Positions 53,665-62,804 of a stretch of 64,000 nt of DNA are shown piece after piece. The translations under genes and the position numbers were made by a program. The stretch lies in contig DATJVD010000052.1 in NCBI GenBank assembly GCA_035501955.1, positions 77,487-141,486 on the forward strand. The letters are read 5' to 3'. This DNA comes from Steroidobacteraceae bacterium. GTDB taxonomy: Bacteria > Pseudomonadota > Gammaproteobacteria > Steroidobacterales > Steroidobacteraceae. The notes under the pieces are model-generated. The model searched no databases and had not been told where the DNA came from. It was given only the letters and a program-made list of their open reading frames with translations. Position 1 is the stretch's first letter. Each line of letters starts with the position of its first letter.

Positions 53665-54273
53665 ATGACCTTCACGTTGCCACCCCTGCCCTTTGCTCCG
53701 GGCTCGCTCGCGAGTCGCGGCATGTCGCAGGAGACACTCGAGCTGCACCATGGCAAGCATCATCAGGCGTATGTCACCGAGCTCAACAAGTTGCTGGAGA
53801 CGCACGAGGAACTCCGCGACAAGTCTCTGGAAGAGATCATCAAGCGCGCGCACGCGGACGAGCAGCTCACGCCCGTCTTCAACAACGCCGGACAGCACTG
53901 GAATCACTGCTTCTTCTGGCGCTCGCTCGCCGCCACCGGCGGCGGTATCCCGGGCGATCTCGCCAAGAGATTGAGCAGCGACTTCGGCAGCGTCGACAAG
54001 TTCAAAGAGACGTTCAAGAAGGCCGCCGTCGGACAGTTCGGCTCGGGCTGGGCGTGGCTCGTGGCCGCACCGGATGGCCGCTTGAAAGTGACCAAGACGG
54101 CCGATGCCTCCTCGCCGCTCGCAACGGGTGAAGGCCGCGCCCTCCTGACACTCGATGTGTGGGAGCACGCCTACTACGTCGACTTCCGCAATCGCAGACC
54201 GGACTTCGTCGATAACTTTCTGAGCCGGCTGGCGAACTTCGAGTACGCCGCCGATCAGCTGCACGGCGCATAA
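53665..54273 (+). CDS. sodB: Iron superoxide dismutase
   Basis: ATG follows AGGAGA. Product has MTFTLPPLPFAPGSL...LELHHGKHHQAYV, NNAGQHWNHCFFW (Fe-type AQxWNH) and DVWEHAYYVDFRN. Confidence 0.88.
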   Translation: MTFTLPPLPFAPGSLASRGMSQETLELHHGKHHQAYVTELNKLLETHEELRDKSLEEIIKRAHADEQLTPVFNNAGQHWNHCFFWRSLAATGGGIPGDLAKRLSSDFGSVDKFKETFKKAAVGQFGSGWAWLVAAPDGRLKVTKTADASSPLATGEGRALLTLDVWEHAYYVDFRNRRPDFVDNFLSRLANFEYAADQLHGA

Positions 54274-54286
54274 ACGGCTCGCGCGC

Positions 54287-55003
54287 CTAGCGGTAGTGCC
54301 ATTCGAGGTCGGCGGGCAGCTCCGGAGGCGCGAAGACGAAATGCAGCACGCGCCGGTGCGCGGCCGCGATTGCTTTGGCGGAAGCATGCAGTAGCAGCGG
54401 ACGCATCAACAGCACGCCTCCGTTGGGCACCGGACACAGCACCTCGCCGTTTGCGAGGCGCAGCGCCTCGATGCGCCTCGCATTCAGACGACCATGTCGA
54501 TGCGATCCGGGTACCACGCGTAAGGCACCCGCGTCCGGCCCGCAGTCATCCAGGTGCACGCGCACGACGAGCAGGCATTCCAGCACCGCAACGGGCGGTT
54601 GCACGAAAATCACTCCCGCCTTTTCCGACCAGCCGGTGAAGCCCGGCACGTCACTGCGCCTGCACACCGGCACACTGAGATCTTGGTGCATCGCAACCGA
54701 CCAGTTGCGCGCGCAGGATTTGTCGAACAACGTGCACTGCACGGCCAGCGCCTGTGGATGCAGGCGACGGGCGATGCCGAAGTGCCTCTTCAAGCGCAGT
54801 GCGAGCTCGCGGCACCAGGCGTGCGCGAGCATGTCACGCGCCCCGGCTCTCGGATCACCGCACGCGTCCACGCGAGCATCCAGCATGCGCCGCTCGGCGG
54901 CATCGAGGACGCTCGAGACCGTCTCGAATCCTGCCACGCTCAGCGATGGGTGGATTGCTTCGTATTGCATGCGCTGACGCTCGACACCAGGCGGGGCGTA
55001 CAC
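54287..55003 (-). CDS. Phytanoyl-CoA dioxygenase (PhyH) family Fe(II)/2OG oxygenase
   Basis: WSVAMHQDLSV (HxD), ALRVVPGSH and LLMRPLLLHAS. The start is GTG 55003, 2 nt after the upstream stop, or ATG 54970. Confidence 0.7.
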   Translation of the reverse strand: MYAPPGVERQRMQYEAIHPSLSVAGFETVSSVLDAAERRMLDARVDACGDPRAGARDMLAHAWCRELALRLKRHFGIARRLHPQALAVQCTLFDKSCARNWSVAMHQDLSVPVCRRSDVPGFTGWSEKAGVIFVQPPVAVLECLLVVRVHLDDCGPDAGALRVVPGSHRHGRLNARRIEALRLANGEVLCPVPNGGVLLMRPLLLHASAKAIAAAHRRVLHFVFAPPELPADLEWHYR

Positions 55004-55005
55004 CG

Positions 55006-56787
55006 TCAGACTCTGAGCCCGATCGAACGCATGAGTGCAAGTCCGTTACTCTGCGTGACGACACCATCACGCAGCCGGAAATCGAAGTGTATGGCGCCGT
55101 CCCGCAGCTCGTCCTGAAAGTGCATATTACGGATGGCGTCAGCGTCGACGCCACGAATCTCGGTCAGTGCCAGGTCGTGCGTGCTGATCAGGCCGATCGC
55201 CTGCCGTTCCATGAACGCGCGCAACACTCCTTCGGCTCCGATGCGCCGATCCATCGAGTTGGTTCCCTGCAGCAGCTCATCGAGCAGGAACAGCAGCGCG
55301 AGCGCGCCTTCCGCCAGGTCGAAGAGCTGCCTCAGGCGGGTGATCTCGGCGTAGAAGCGCGAGCTCCCTTCCTGCAATGAATCGTTGATACGGATGCTTG
55401 CGCCCACCTGCAGCAGCGTGAGGCGCAGCTTGGCGGCACGCACCGGCGCGCCCGCCATCGCGAGCACGGCATTGATCCCGACGGTGCGCAGCAGTGTGCT
55501 CTTGCCGGACATGTTCGAGCCGCTCACGAGCAGCGCGCGCGCCGTGCCGCCGAGCTGCACGTCGTTGCGCACGCAGGCCGCCTGCGCCATCAACGGATGG
55601 CCGAGCGCCGTGGCCGCAAAGCACGCCTTCCCGGACACGAATTCGGGAAACGGATCCTCGGGATGCTCGTGGCTATAGGTGGCGAAGCAGGACAGCGCCT
55701 CGAGCTCACCGGCGATCGCCACCCAAGCGCGCGCAACCTCACCGTGGCGGCGGCGCCAGCGCTCGGCCAGCAGCGCCACCTGTACCGAGTACATGAAGGG
55801 CACGGCGAGAAACAATCGCACCGCGAGGTTGTGCCGCGACCCGGCGAGCTCGGCGATGCTGCTCAGCTGCTCGATGCTGCGCGAGGCTGGGAGTCGATGC
55901 GATGCCAGCTTGCCGATGAGCTGGCGCAGCTCCGCCGATGCGAATGGCTCGCGCTCCATGCGCGCCAGGAGGCCGGCGAAGTGCTGCAGGTCTTCGAATG
56001 CTCGCTCGCTGCCATCGAGCACCTTGCCCAGGCGCCGCGTGAGCAGCGACAGCACGATGATCTCGAGAATCACAGTCACGAGCAGCGGCGCGCGCACTGC
56101 GCTCACGCCCCACACGATGGCAGAGCTGATCAGCGCACCCGGCAACAGCCAGGAGCTCCAGGCGATCCAGCGCGCCTGCAGCTCGCTGGGGGCCTCGGCC
56201 CATTCGATGAGCGCGTGGGGACGTACCCCAGCTGCGATCTCCTCGCCGAGCACCGCCACGTCCTCTCTGAGCTGTGCGCGCTCTCTAAGATCACGGATGC
56301 ACTCGTGACGCTCGCGAATCTGCTCGAGCGGCGCCGGGTTGAGCAGCCAGCTCGCCAGCGTCTCCTCGCCCATGCGCGTGCGCGCGGTGCACAGCAGTTC
56401 GAACAGGCTGCCGCTGCCGAACAGATCGAGATCGGCGGCGTACACGTGATGCGGATCTTGAAAGCGCTCACCGGATGAGCCGCCACCGCTCCAGCGATCC
56501 TCGATCCGCGCCAGTCCCCGGCGATAGAACGCGCCTGCGCGCTCGGCTCGCGCTCTGCGTGTACGCAAGCGCGCGTGGTAGATCACGAGGTATGCGAACA
56601 GCCCGATCGGCCCCGCGAGCCACAGCGGCGAGAACGCATGCCGGTGCAAGCCCCAGGCCGCGATGATCACCGTGAGCGCGGCGAGCAGCAGCCGCAGGCT
56701 CCCGATCCGCTCGTCGATCCTTCCCAGACGGCTGGCCAGGGCGTCCTGGACACTCAGACGCTGTGAATACTCATCGCGGGGAGACAC
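55006..56787 (-). CDS. Membrane-anchored MutS-related ATPase (MutS domain V only, no mismatch-binding domain)
   Basis: 593 aa with two pairs of TM helices (LLLAALTVIIAAWGL/LWLAGPIGLFAYLVIY and WIAWSSWLLPGALISSAIVWGV/LLVTVILEIIVLSLL). Then Walker A LLVSGSNMSGKSTLLRTVG, LFLLDELLQGTNSMDR and ISTHDLALTE. Confidence 0.8.
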   Translation of the reverse strand: MSPRDEYSQRLSVQDALASRLGRIDERIGSLRLLLAALTVIIAAWGLHRHAFSPLWLAGPIGLFAYLVIYHARLRTRRARAERAGAFYRRGLARIEDRWSGGGSSGERFQDPHHVYAADLDLFGSGSLFELLCTARTRMGEETLASWLLNPAPLEQIRERHECIRDLRERAQLREDVAVLGEEIAAGVRPHALIEWAEAPSELQARWIAWSSWLLPGALISSAIVWGVSAVRAPLLVTVILEIIVLSLLTRRLGKVLDGSERAFEDLQHFAGLLARMEREPFASAELRQLIGKLASHRLPASRSIEQLSSIAELAGSRHNLAVRLFLAVPFMYSVQVALLAERWRRRHGEVARAWVAIAGELEALSCFATYSHEHPEDPFPEFVSGKACFAATALGHPLMAQAACVRNDVQLGGTARALLVSGSNMSGKSTLLRTVGINAVLAMAGAPVRAAKLRLTLLQVGASIRINDSLQEGSSRFYAEITRLRQLFDLAEGALALLFLLDELLQGTNSMDRRIGAEGVLRAFMERQAIGLISTHDLALTEIRGVDADAIRNMHFQDELRDGAIHFDFRLRDGVVTQSNGLALMRSIGLRV

Positions 56788-56946
56788 CCGCGGATTGTAC
56801 TGGTGAGCGGCGGGTCGATTCGCTAGGAATGATGCAGTGCCGGCGCCGGCGCCCCGAACATCGTGCCCGACTCCGCCACGCCCTCGAGCCGTGCGCTAGA
56901 CTGCGGCGCCATCGCCGCACGGCAACACTTCGGTTGGGTGCTTCAC

Positions 56947-59103
56947 ATGGCTGCATTGCCTCGATGCGTCACCTACTCTCTGACGCTTACCGCCACCTGT
57001 CTTGCCGCCCTTCTCGGCGGGCTCGCATCGTCATGGGCGGCCGAATTCACGATGGCGCAGGTCACTGGCTATCCCTTCGCGAGCGAGCTCGCGGCCGCCG
57101 AGCACGCGGATGTGATCGCCTGGGTGCGTACCGTGCGTGGCGTGCGCAACATCTGGATCGCCCAAGGCCCGAGCTTCGCTCCGCGAGTGCTCACGTCCTA
57201 TTCCGCGGACGATGGCCAGGAGATCACGCAACTGACCTTCACCCCGGACGGCAACCATCTGGTGTACGTGCTGGGTGGAGACCATGGCGCCAACGGGCCC
57301 GCCGAAGGTAATCTCGCCCCCGACCCGACCTCCTCGCCCGCACAGCCCATCGTGGCGATCTGGACGGTGCCCATCATGGGCGGTGCGCCGCGCAAAATCG
57401 CTGACGGCGATGCTCCCGCGCTTTCGGCGCGCGGGCAGCTGGCCTTCATCCGCGACGATCACGTCTGGACCGCGGTCCTCGAAGGTGATCCCAAGGCGGA
57501 GCGTCTGTTCTTCGATCGCGGCAAAGATGGGGACTTGCAGTGGTCACCGGACGGGACGCGCCTGGCCTTCGTCTCCCGGCGGGGTGATCACGCGTTCATC
57601 GGCATCTTCACGTCGAAGGACCGGCCGCTCATGTACCTGGCCCCCTCCACGGCACAGGACCTTGCGCCGCATTGGTCGCCCGACGGCACACGGATAGCCT
57701 TCGTGAGGCGACCCGGCGAGGGCGGACCGCCTGAGCCGCTCCTCAAGCGCACTCCCGAGCCCTGGTCGATCTGGGCGGCGAGTGCGGCCGATGGCTCGGC
57801 ACACCGCGTGTGGCAGAGTCCGGACACTCTCGCCGGCTCGTATCCCGAGGTCGAGGGTGAGGCCAACCTGCATTGGGCGGCAGGCGGGCGACTGGTGTTC
57901 CTCGCCTATCTGGACAATTGGCCACATCTGTACTCTGTGCCGGCTGCCGGAGGCGAGCCGCTGCTGCTCACGCCGGGTCCCTACATGGTCGAGCACGTGA
58001 CGCAGAGCCGTGACCTGCGCACGATGATCTTCGATGCCAACAGCGGCAGCACACCGGGCGATGGAGACCGGCGCCATCTGTTTCGCGTGGGGGTAGACCG
58101 CGCCGAACCGGTCTCACTCACGACCGGCGAGGCGCTCGAGTGGACGCCCGTCGCCGCGGCCGCCGATCGGGTGGCTTTCATCACCGCGGGCGCGCAGCAG
58201 CCGCCTCAGGTCGCCATCGCCGGACTGGACGGCAGCGGGCAGAAGCGGCTCTCCACCGGGGCGCTACCTGCCGATTTCCCGCTCAAAGAGCTGATCACGC
58301 CGCGGCCGGTCACCTTCCAGGCCGCGGATGGCACGACCGTGCACGGCCAGCTCTTTCAGAGCGCCGCGGGTCGCGAGACGCGTGCCGGGAGCCCCGGGAT
58401 CATCTTCGTGCACGGCGGGCCGCCGCGGCAGATGCTGCTCGGATGGCACTACATGTTCTACTACAGCAACGCGTATGCCGTGAACCAGTATCTGGCGGCT
58501 CACGGGTACGTCGTGCTCTCAGTGAACTACCGGCTGGGGATCGGTTACGGACGAGAGTTTCATCAGCCGGAGCACTGGGGACCCTGGGGCGCCGCGGAAT
58601 ACCAGGACGTGGTCGCGGGAGGGCATTTCCTGCAGCAGGTGCACGGCGTCGATGGCGCACGCATCGGCATCTGGGGCGGCTCCTACGGCGGCTTTCTCAC
58701 CGGGCTCGCCCTCGCGCGCAATTCCGACCTCTTCAAGCTCGGGGTCGACATCCACGGCGTGCACGACTGGTCGCGACTGATGGACGAGCGCATGGGCAGA
58801 CAGCCAGGTCGCTACGAGAAAGGCGATCGCGAAGAGGCGGTGAAGGTCGCCTGGAGCTCCTCGCCGGATGCCGACGTCCAGAGCTGGCGCTCGCCGGTGT
58901 TGCTCATCCAGGGCGATGATGACCGCAACGTTCCCTTTCACCAGACGGTCGACCTGGCCCGACGTCTCGAGGCACGCCACGTACCGTACGAGGAGCTCGT
59001 GATTCCGAACGAGATCCACGACTTTCTGCGTCACGCAAGCTGGCTGCGGGTCGACGAGGCGACCGCAGACTTCTGCGCGCGGCATTTCAATGCGCCCCGC
59101 TGA
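56947..59103 (+). CDS. S9-family serine peptidase (prolyl oligopeptidase/dipeptidyl peptidase type) with an N-terminal beta-propeller
   Basis: Start reset to MAALPRCVTYSLTLTATCLAALLGGLASSWA (signal peptide). PD40-like segments TPDGNHLVY, SPDGTRLAFVS and SPDGTRIAFV. Catalytic triad context IWGGSYGGFL, QGDDDRNVP and NEIHDF. Confidence 0.85.
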   Translation: MAALPRCVTYSLTLTATCLAALLGGLASSWAAEFTMAQVTGYPFASELAAAEHADVIAWVRTVRGVRNIWIAQGPSFAPRVLTSYSADDGQEITQLTFTPDGNHLVYVLGGDHGANGPAEGNLAPDPTSSPAQPIVAIWTVPIMGGAPRKIADGDAPALSARGQLAFIRDDHVWTAVLEGDPKAERLFFDRGKDGDLQWSPDGTRLAFVSRRGDHAFIGIFTSKDRPLMYLAPSTAQDLAPHWSPDGTRIAFVRRPGEGGPPEPLLKRTPEPWSIWAASAADGSAHRVWQSPDTLAGSYPEVEGEANLHWAAGGRLVFLAYLDNWPHLYSVPAAGGEPLLLTPGPYMVEHVTQSRDLRTMIFDANSGSTPGDGDRRHLFRVGVDRAEPVSLTTGEALEWTPVAAAADRVAFITAGAQQPPQVAIAGLDGSGQKRLSTGALPADFPLKELITPRPVTFQAADGTTVHGQLFQSAAGRETRAGSPGIIFVHGGPPRQMLLGWHYMFYYSNAYAVNQYLAAHGYVVLSVNYRLGIGYGREFHQPEHWGPWGAAEYQDVVAGGHFLQQVHGVDGARIGIWGGSYGGFLTGLALARNSDLFKLGVDIHGVHDWSRLMDERMGRQPGRYEKGDREEAVKVAWSSSPDADVQSWRSPVLLIQGDDDRNVPFHQTVDLARRLEARHVPYEELVIPNEIHDFLRHASWLRVDEATADFCARHFNAPR

Positions 59104-59109
59104 CGCGGC

Positions 59110-59712
59110 TTACAGCCAGCCTTTCTGGCGTGCGAGACGATAGGCCTCGATGCGATTTCCCGCGTGCAGCTTACCGATCGCATCCGATAGATAGTTGCGC
59201 ACCGTGCCATGGGAAAGATGCAGACGCGCTGCGATGTCGCTGGCCGACAGACCCTCGCCGGCAAGGCGCAGAACCTGCCGCTCACGCTCGTTGAGCGGAT
59301 CGGCCTCGCTCCACGCTTCGAGCGCGAGCTGCGGATCGATCACGCGCGCTCCGCGGTGAACCTTACGAACCGCTGCGGCGAGCTGCTCCGCCGGTGCATC
59401 TTTGAGCAGATATCCCATGACTCCGGCATCGAGCGCACGGCGCAGATAACCGGCGCGCGCGAAGGTCGTGACGATCACGACCTTGCTCTTCAGAGCCGCA
59501 TCGCGTACACGCACCGCAAGCTCCAGGCCACTCATTCCGGGCATCTCCACGTCCGCCACGAGCACGTCCGGCTGCAGTCGCTGTGCCTCCGTCCAGGCGC
59601 TCGCGCCGTCCGCGCAGCTGCACAGCACTTCGATATCCACTTCCAAGCGTAAGAGCGCGGACAGCGCACCGCGCACCATGGCCTGATCCTCCGCGAGCAC
59701 CACGCGGATCAT
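59110..59712 (-). CDS. NarL/LuxR-family response regulator (DesR-like)
   Basis: 200 aa. REC domain IRVVLAEDQAMVR...PDVLVADVEMPGMSG. LuxR HTH LSASDIAARLHLSHGTVRNYLS. Confidence 0.9.
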   Translation of the reverse strand: MIRVVLAEDQAMVRGALSALLRLEVDIEVLCSCADGASAWTEAQRLQPDVLVADVEMPGMSGLELAVRVRDAALKSKVVIVTTFARAGYLRRALDAGVMGYLLKDAPAEQLAAAVRKVHRGARVIDPQLALEAWSEADPLNERERQVLRLAGEGLSASDIAARLHLSHGTVRNYLSDAIGKLHAGNRIEAYRLARQKGWL

Positions 59713-60947
59713 GCGTGCGAGGCTGACCCGATCGGCGCGCTCGGCTCGAGCGCTACGTCCACCGCCGCCGATGCCGGCGTCGCTACGCGCGTCTCGGCGC
59801 TCACCTCCGCAGCGCTCACGACGAGCGGCACACGGGCCCTCAATACCGTGCCGCGCCCGCGCGGTGATTCGATCTGCAGCGTTCCGCCGAGCAGGCGCGC
59901 GCGGTCGCTGATGCCCGACAGTCCGTGTCCGGGGGCACTGACACCGCCTCGTCCGTCGTCGCTGACGGTCAGGGTCGCAAATTCACGTCCGGTGCCGACC
60001 TCGAGCTCTCTGCCGAGCTCGATGCTGACATGAGCCGCGCAGGCGTGTCGCTGCACGTTCGTGATCGCCTCGCGCACGATCATGGCGAGGGCCGTCTCGG
60101 TCGCATCGTTCAGGATCAGGTCGTCGCGCTTGCTGATGAACGAGATACCCGATGAGTCGAGCAGCGCACGTGCCGAGGTCAGTTCCGCATCGAGCGCCGC
60201 GAAGCGCATGCCGGTCACCGCGGAGCGCACCTGCTTCAGCGCTTCGCGAGCGATATGCGATACCTCGTCGACCTCGCGCGCCGCGGCTTCCCGGTCGCGC
60301 TCGATGAGCTTGCCTGCAAGCTCGCTCTTGATCGCAATCAGTGACAGCGTGTGTCCGAGCAGATCGTGCAGATCGCGTCCGATGCGCTCGCGCTCCGCCA
60401 CCGCCGCCAGGCGGCGCACCTCCTCGTGAGAGAGCTTCAAGGCCGCGCTCTTGCGGCCGCTTTCGGCCGCGAAGAAACTGGCGAGACAGCACACAATGCA
60501 GATCAGGGCCGAGAGGGCCGCATTGAGCGGCGCCTGATGCAGGATGAAGACCTCGACGGCGAACACTCCGACGAGCGTCGCGGTCAACGCGAGCGGCCGC
60601 AGCAGTCCCGGCAGCGCAAACGGTGCCATCGCCGCGGCATAGGTGAGATAAGTGAACGCGGCAGGATTGAAGGGCGTGAGCCCGAAGCCGAGCGCGGCGA
60701 TGCCCAGCAGACAGGCGAGCTTCGCCCTGCCGCGCACGAAATGGAAGCCGAAGTACACCAGCAGAAACACGGGGATCGTGAGCAGCGTCGGCGCGATCCA
60801 GCGGTGCTCGCCGCGCGGCAGGATGATGACCGGCAGGAAGAGGTAAATGAGATACACCAGCCACAGCCGATGCGGCCAGCCCAGCGTGTAGGGCAGCCTC
60901 CAGCGCGTGCCGCGCGCTTCAGCGCGCGCTTCATTGAGCCATCTCAT
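59709..60947 (-). CDS. DesK/HisKA_3-type sensor histidine kinase
   Basis: Start reset to MRWLNEARAEARG, with five or six TM helices. H-box ERERIGRDLHDLLGHTLS. ATPase-domain motifs ITNVQRH and DDGRGG. Its stop overlaps the RR start (4 nt). Confidence 0.85.
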   Translation of the reverse strand: MRWLNEARAEARGTRWRLPYTLGWPHRLWLVYLIYLFLPVIILPRGEHRWIAPTLLTIPVFLLVYFGFHFVRGRAKLACLLGIAALGFGLTPFNPAAFTYLTYAAAMAPFALPGLLRPLALTATLVGVFAVEVFILHQAPLNAALSALICIVCCLASFFAAESGRKSAALKLSHEEVRRLAAVAERERIGRDLHDLLGHTLSLIAIKSELAGKLIERDREAAAREVDEVSHIAREALKQVRSAVTGMRFAALDAELTSARALLDSSGISFISKRDDLILNDATETALAMIVREAITNVQRHACAAHVSIELGRELEVGTGREFATLTVSDDGRGGVSAPGHGLSGISDRARLLGGTLQIESPRGRGTVLRARVPLVVSAAEVSAETRVATPASAAVDVALEPSAPIGSASHA

Positions 60948-61015
60948 GGGTGATTTCACGATTCGTCCTCCGCAAGGGTAACCGAAGCCGCGCGGCCTGC
61001 AAGCAGACCCGCGCC

Positions 61016-61822
61016 TCAGCCCTTGCGCTGCAGGCGCCTGCGCGCGACAGCGAAGAACACCGTCGTCATTGCCGTGAGTGACAGCACGTGACTGCCGAGA
61101 TGCGCGCCCGCGTCGGCGCCCACGATGCCCATCGCGAGCTCTCTGAGATGATAGGCGGGCCAGAGCGGCGCCAGCTGTGCCACGAGGTGGGGCAGCACGC
61201 TCAGCGGCATGAACACGCCGGATAGAAACGACATTGGCAGGTAGATGAGATTGATGACTGCGGCAGCTGCCTGGCCCTTGGTGAGCGTGCCGACGAGCAG
61301 GCCGAGTGCGCAGAATGGCACTACACCCAACAGCGCCAGCAGCAGCAGCAGACTGCACTGCACGAGCTCGAGCGCCACGCGGCCCAGGGTCAACGCGGTG
61401 ACCAGCAACAGCGTGGAGACGATCGTGGAGAAGATCATGGCGGTGGCCACCTTCGCGGCCAAGTAGATACCCGCGGGCATCGGCAGGGCGCGCTTGAGCT
61501 CGAGCAGCCCGCGCTCGCGATCCAAGGCAAGCGTCACGCCGAGCCCGAAGAGCCCGGGTGCCATCACACCGAACACCACGAATGTCGCAACCAGGCCCCG
61601 CATGGTCGCGGGATCGGCATGGCGCGGCCCGAGCATAATGCCGAACAGCACATAGAACATGAACGGAAAGCCGATCACGGGAACCGAGAAGGCCGGTGCG
61701 CGCAGCAAGCGCAGGCATTCCGCGTGAGCTTCGAGTGCCAGTATGCGCAAGCTGGAGACGCGCGCAGAGTTTGCGGTTCGGGAAGTTACGACCTGAGGCA
61801 CAGATGAGATCTCGCTGTACAT
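61016..61822 (-). CDS. ABC-2-type transporter permease
   Basis: Start reset to MYSEISSVPQVV. Six TM helices. The ATG shares one base with the ATPase stop (TGATG). Confidence 0.8.
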   Translation of the reverse strand: MYSEISSVPQVVTSRTANSARVSSLRILALEAHAECLRLLRAPAFSVPVIGFPFMFYVLFGIMLGPRHADPATMRGLVATFVVFGVMAPGLFGLGVTLALDRERGLLELKRALPMPAGIYLAAKVATAMIFSTIVSTLLLVTALTLGRVALELVQCSLLLLLALLGVVPFCALGLLVGTLTKGQAAAAVINLIYLPMSFLSGVFMPLSVLPHLVAQLAPLWPAYHLRELAMGIVGADAGAHLGSHVLSLTAMTTVFFAVARRRLQRKG

Positions 61823-62715
61823 CACGCTGCCTCCCGTGTGATCTGCACGAACGCCTCCGCAAGGCCCGCTGCGCTTACTTCCAGGTCGCTGAGCGCAGCG
61901 TCTTCGGCGAGCAGACGGCGCACGACCGGCTCGGCCACGTCGACTACCAGCTGCAACCGGCCATCGCGGCGGGTCGCCTCGCTCACGTGCGGCCAGCGGC
62001 CGATCTGCTCGGCAGACAGCACGCTCACGCAGCGAATACGCCGTCGCATGCATTGTGAGCGAATCGCATCGAGCGTTCCCGCGGTTGCGATCCGCCCGCG
62101 GATCAGCACGGCAACACGATCGGCGAGTGCTTCGGCTTCCTCCAGATAGTGTGTCGTGAGCAATACCGCACAACCGTCGCGCACCAGGCTGCGCACGACG
62201 CTCCACAATGACTGCCGAGCTTCCACGTCGAGGCCCGTGGTCGGCTCATCGAGAAAGAGCAGCTCGGGATTGCCGCAGATCGCGAGCGCAAACTGCACGC
62301 GCCGCTGCTGTCCCGCGGAGAGCTTGCCGTAGAGTCGCGGCAGCAGCGCACCGATTCCTGTCAGTGTCGCAAGCTCCTCGAGCGGGCGCGGCTGCGGGTA
62401 GTAGCTCGCTGTGAGGCGCAGCAGCTCGCGCACTCGCAAGGTGTCCGGCAGTGTCGCTCCCTGCATCATGACGCCTACGCGGCGGCGCGTGGCGAGCCGG
62501 CGCGGCACATCGCCGAGCAGCTCCACACGGCCGGCGTCCGGCTGTGCAAGACCGAGCCAGAGTGAGATCGCGGTAGTCTTGCCAGCTCCGTTGGGACCGA
62601 GAAGGGCAGTCACCTTGGCCGGCTCGATGGCAAGACCCACCCGGTCGAGCGCAATGGTGGCGCCGAAGCGCTTGACCACTCCGTCAAGGACCGCAGCATG
62701 AGCGATCGCATTCAT
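61822..62715 (-). CDS. ABC transporter ATP-binding protein
   Basis: Walker A GPNGAGKTT, signature LSAGQQRR, Walker B LLFLDEPTTGLD. Confidence 0.9.
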   Translation of the reverse strand: MNAIAHAAVLDGVVKRFGATIALDRVGLAIEPAKVTALLGPNGAGKTTAISLWLGLAQPDAGRVELLGDVPRRLATRRRVGVMMQGATLPDTLRVRELLRLTASYYPQPRPLEELATLTGIGALLPRLYGKLSAGQQRRVQFALAICGNPELLFLDEPTTGLDVEARQSLWSVVRSLVRDGCAVLLTTHYLEEAEALADRVAVLIRGRIATAGTLDAIRSQCMRRRIRCVSVLSAEQIGRWPHVSEATRRDGRLQLVVDVAEPVVRRLLAEDAALSDLEVSAAGLAEAFVQITREAA

Positions 62716-62804
62716 GAATGACTCCTCCAGGCCGTCGTTCGCAGCCTAGGGAGAGATCGGCGCGCCGTGCAGTAGCGCCCGTCAGGACTCGCGGATGACA
62801 AGCG

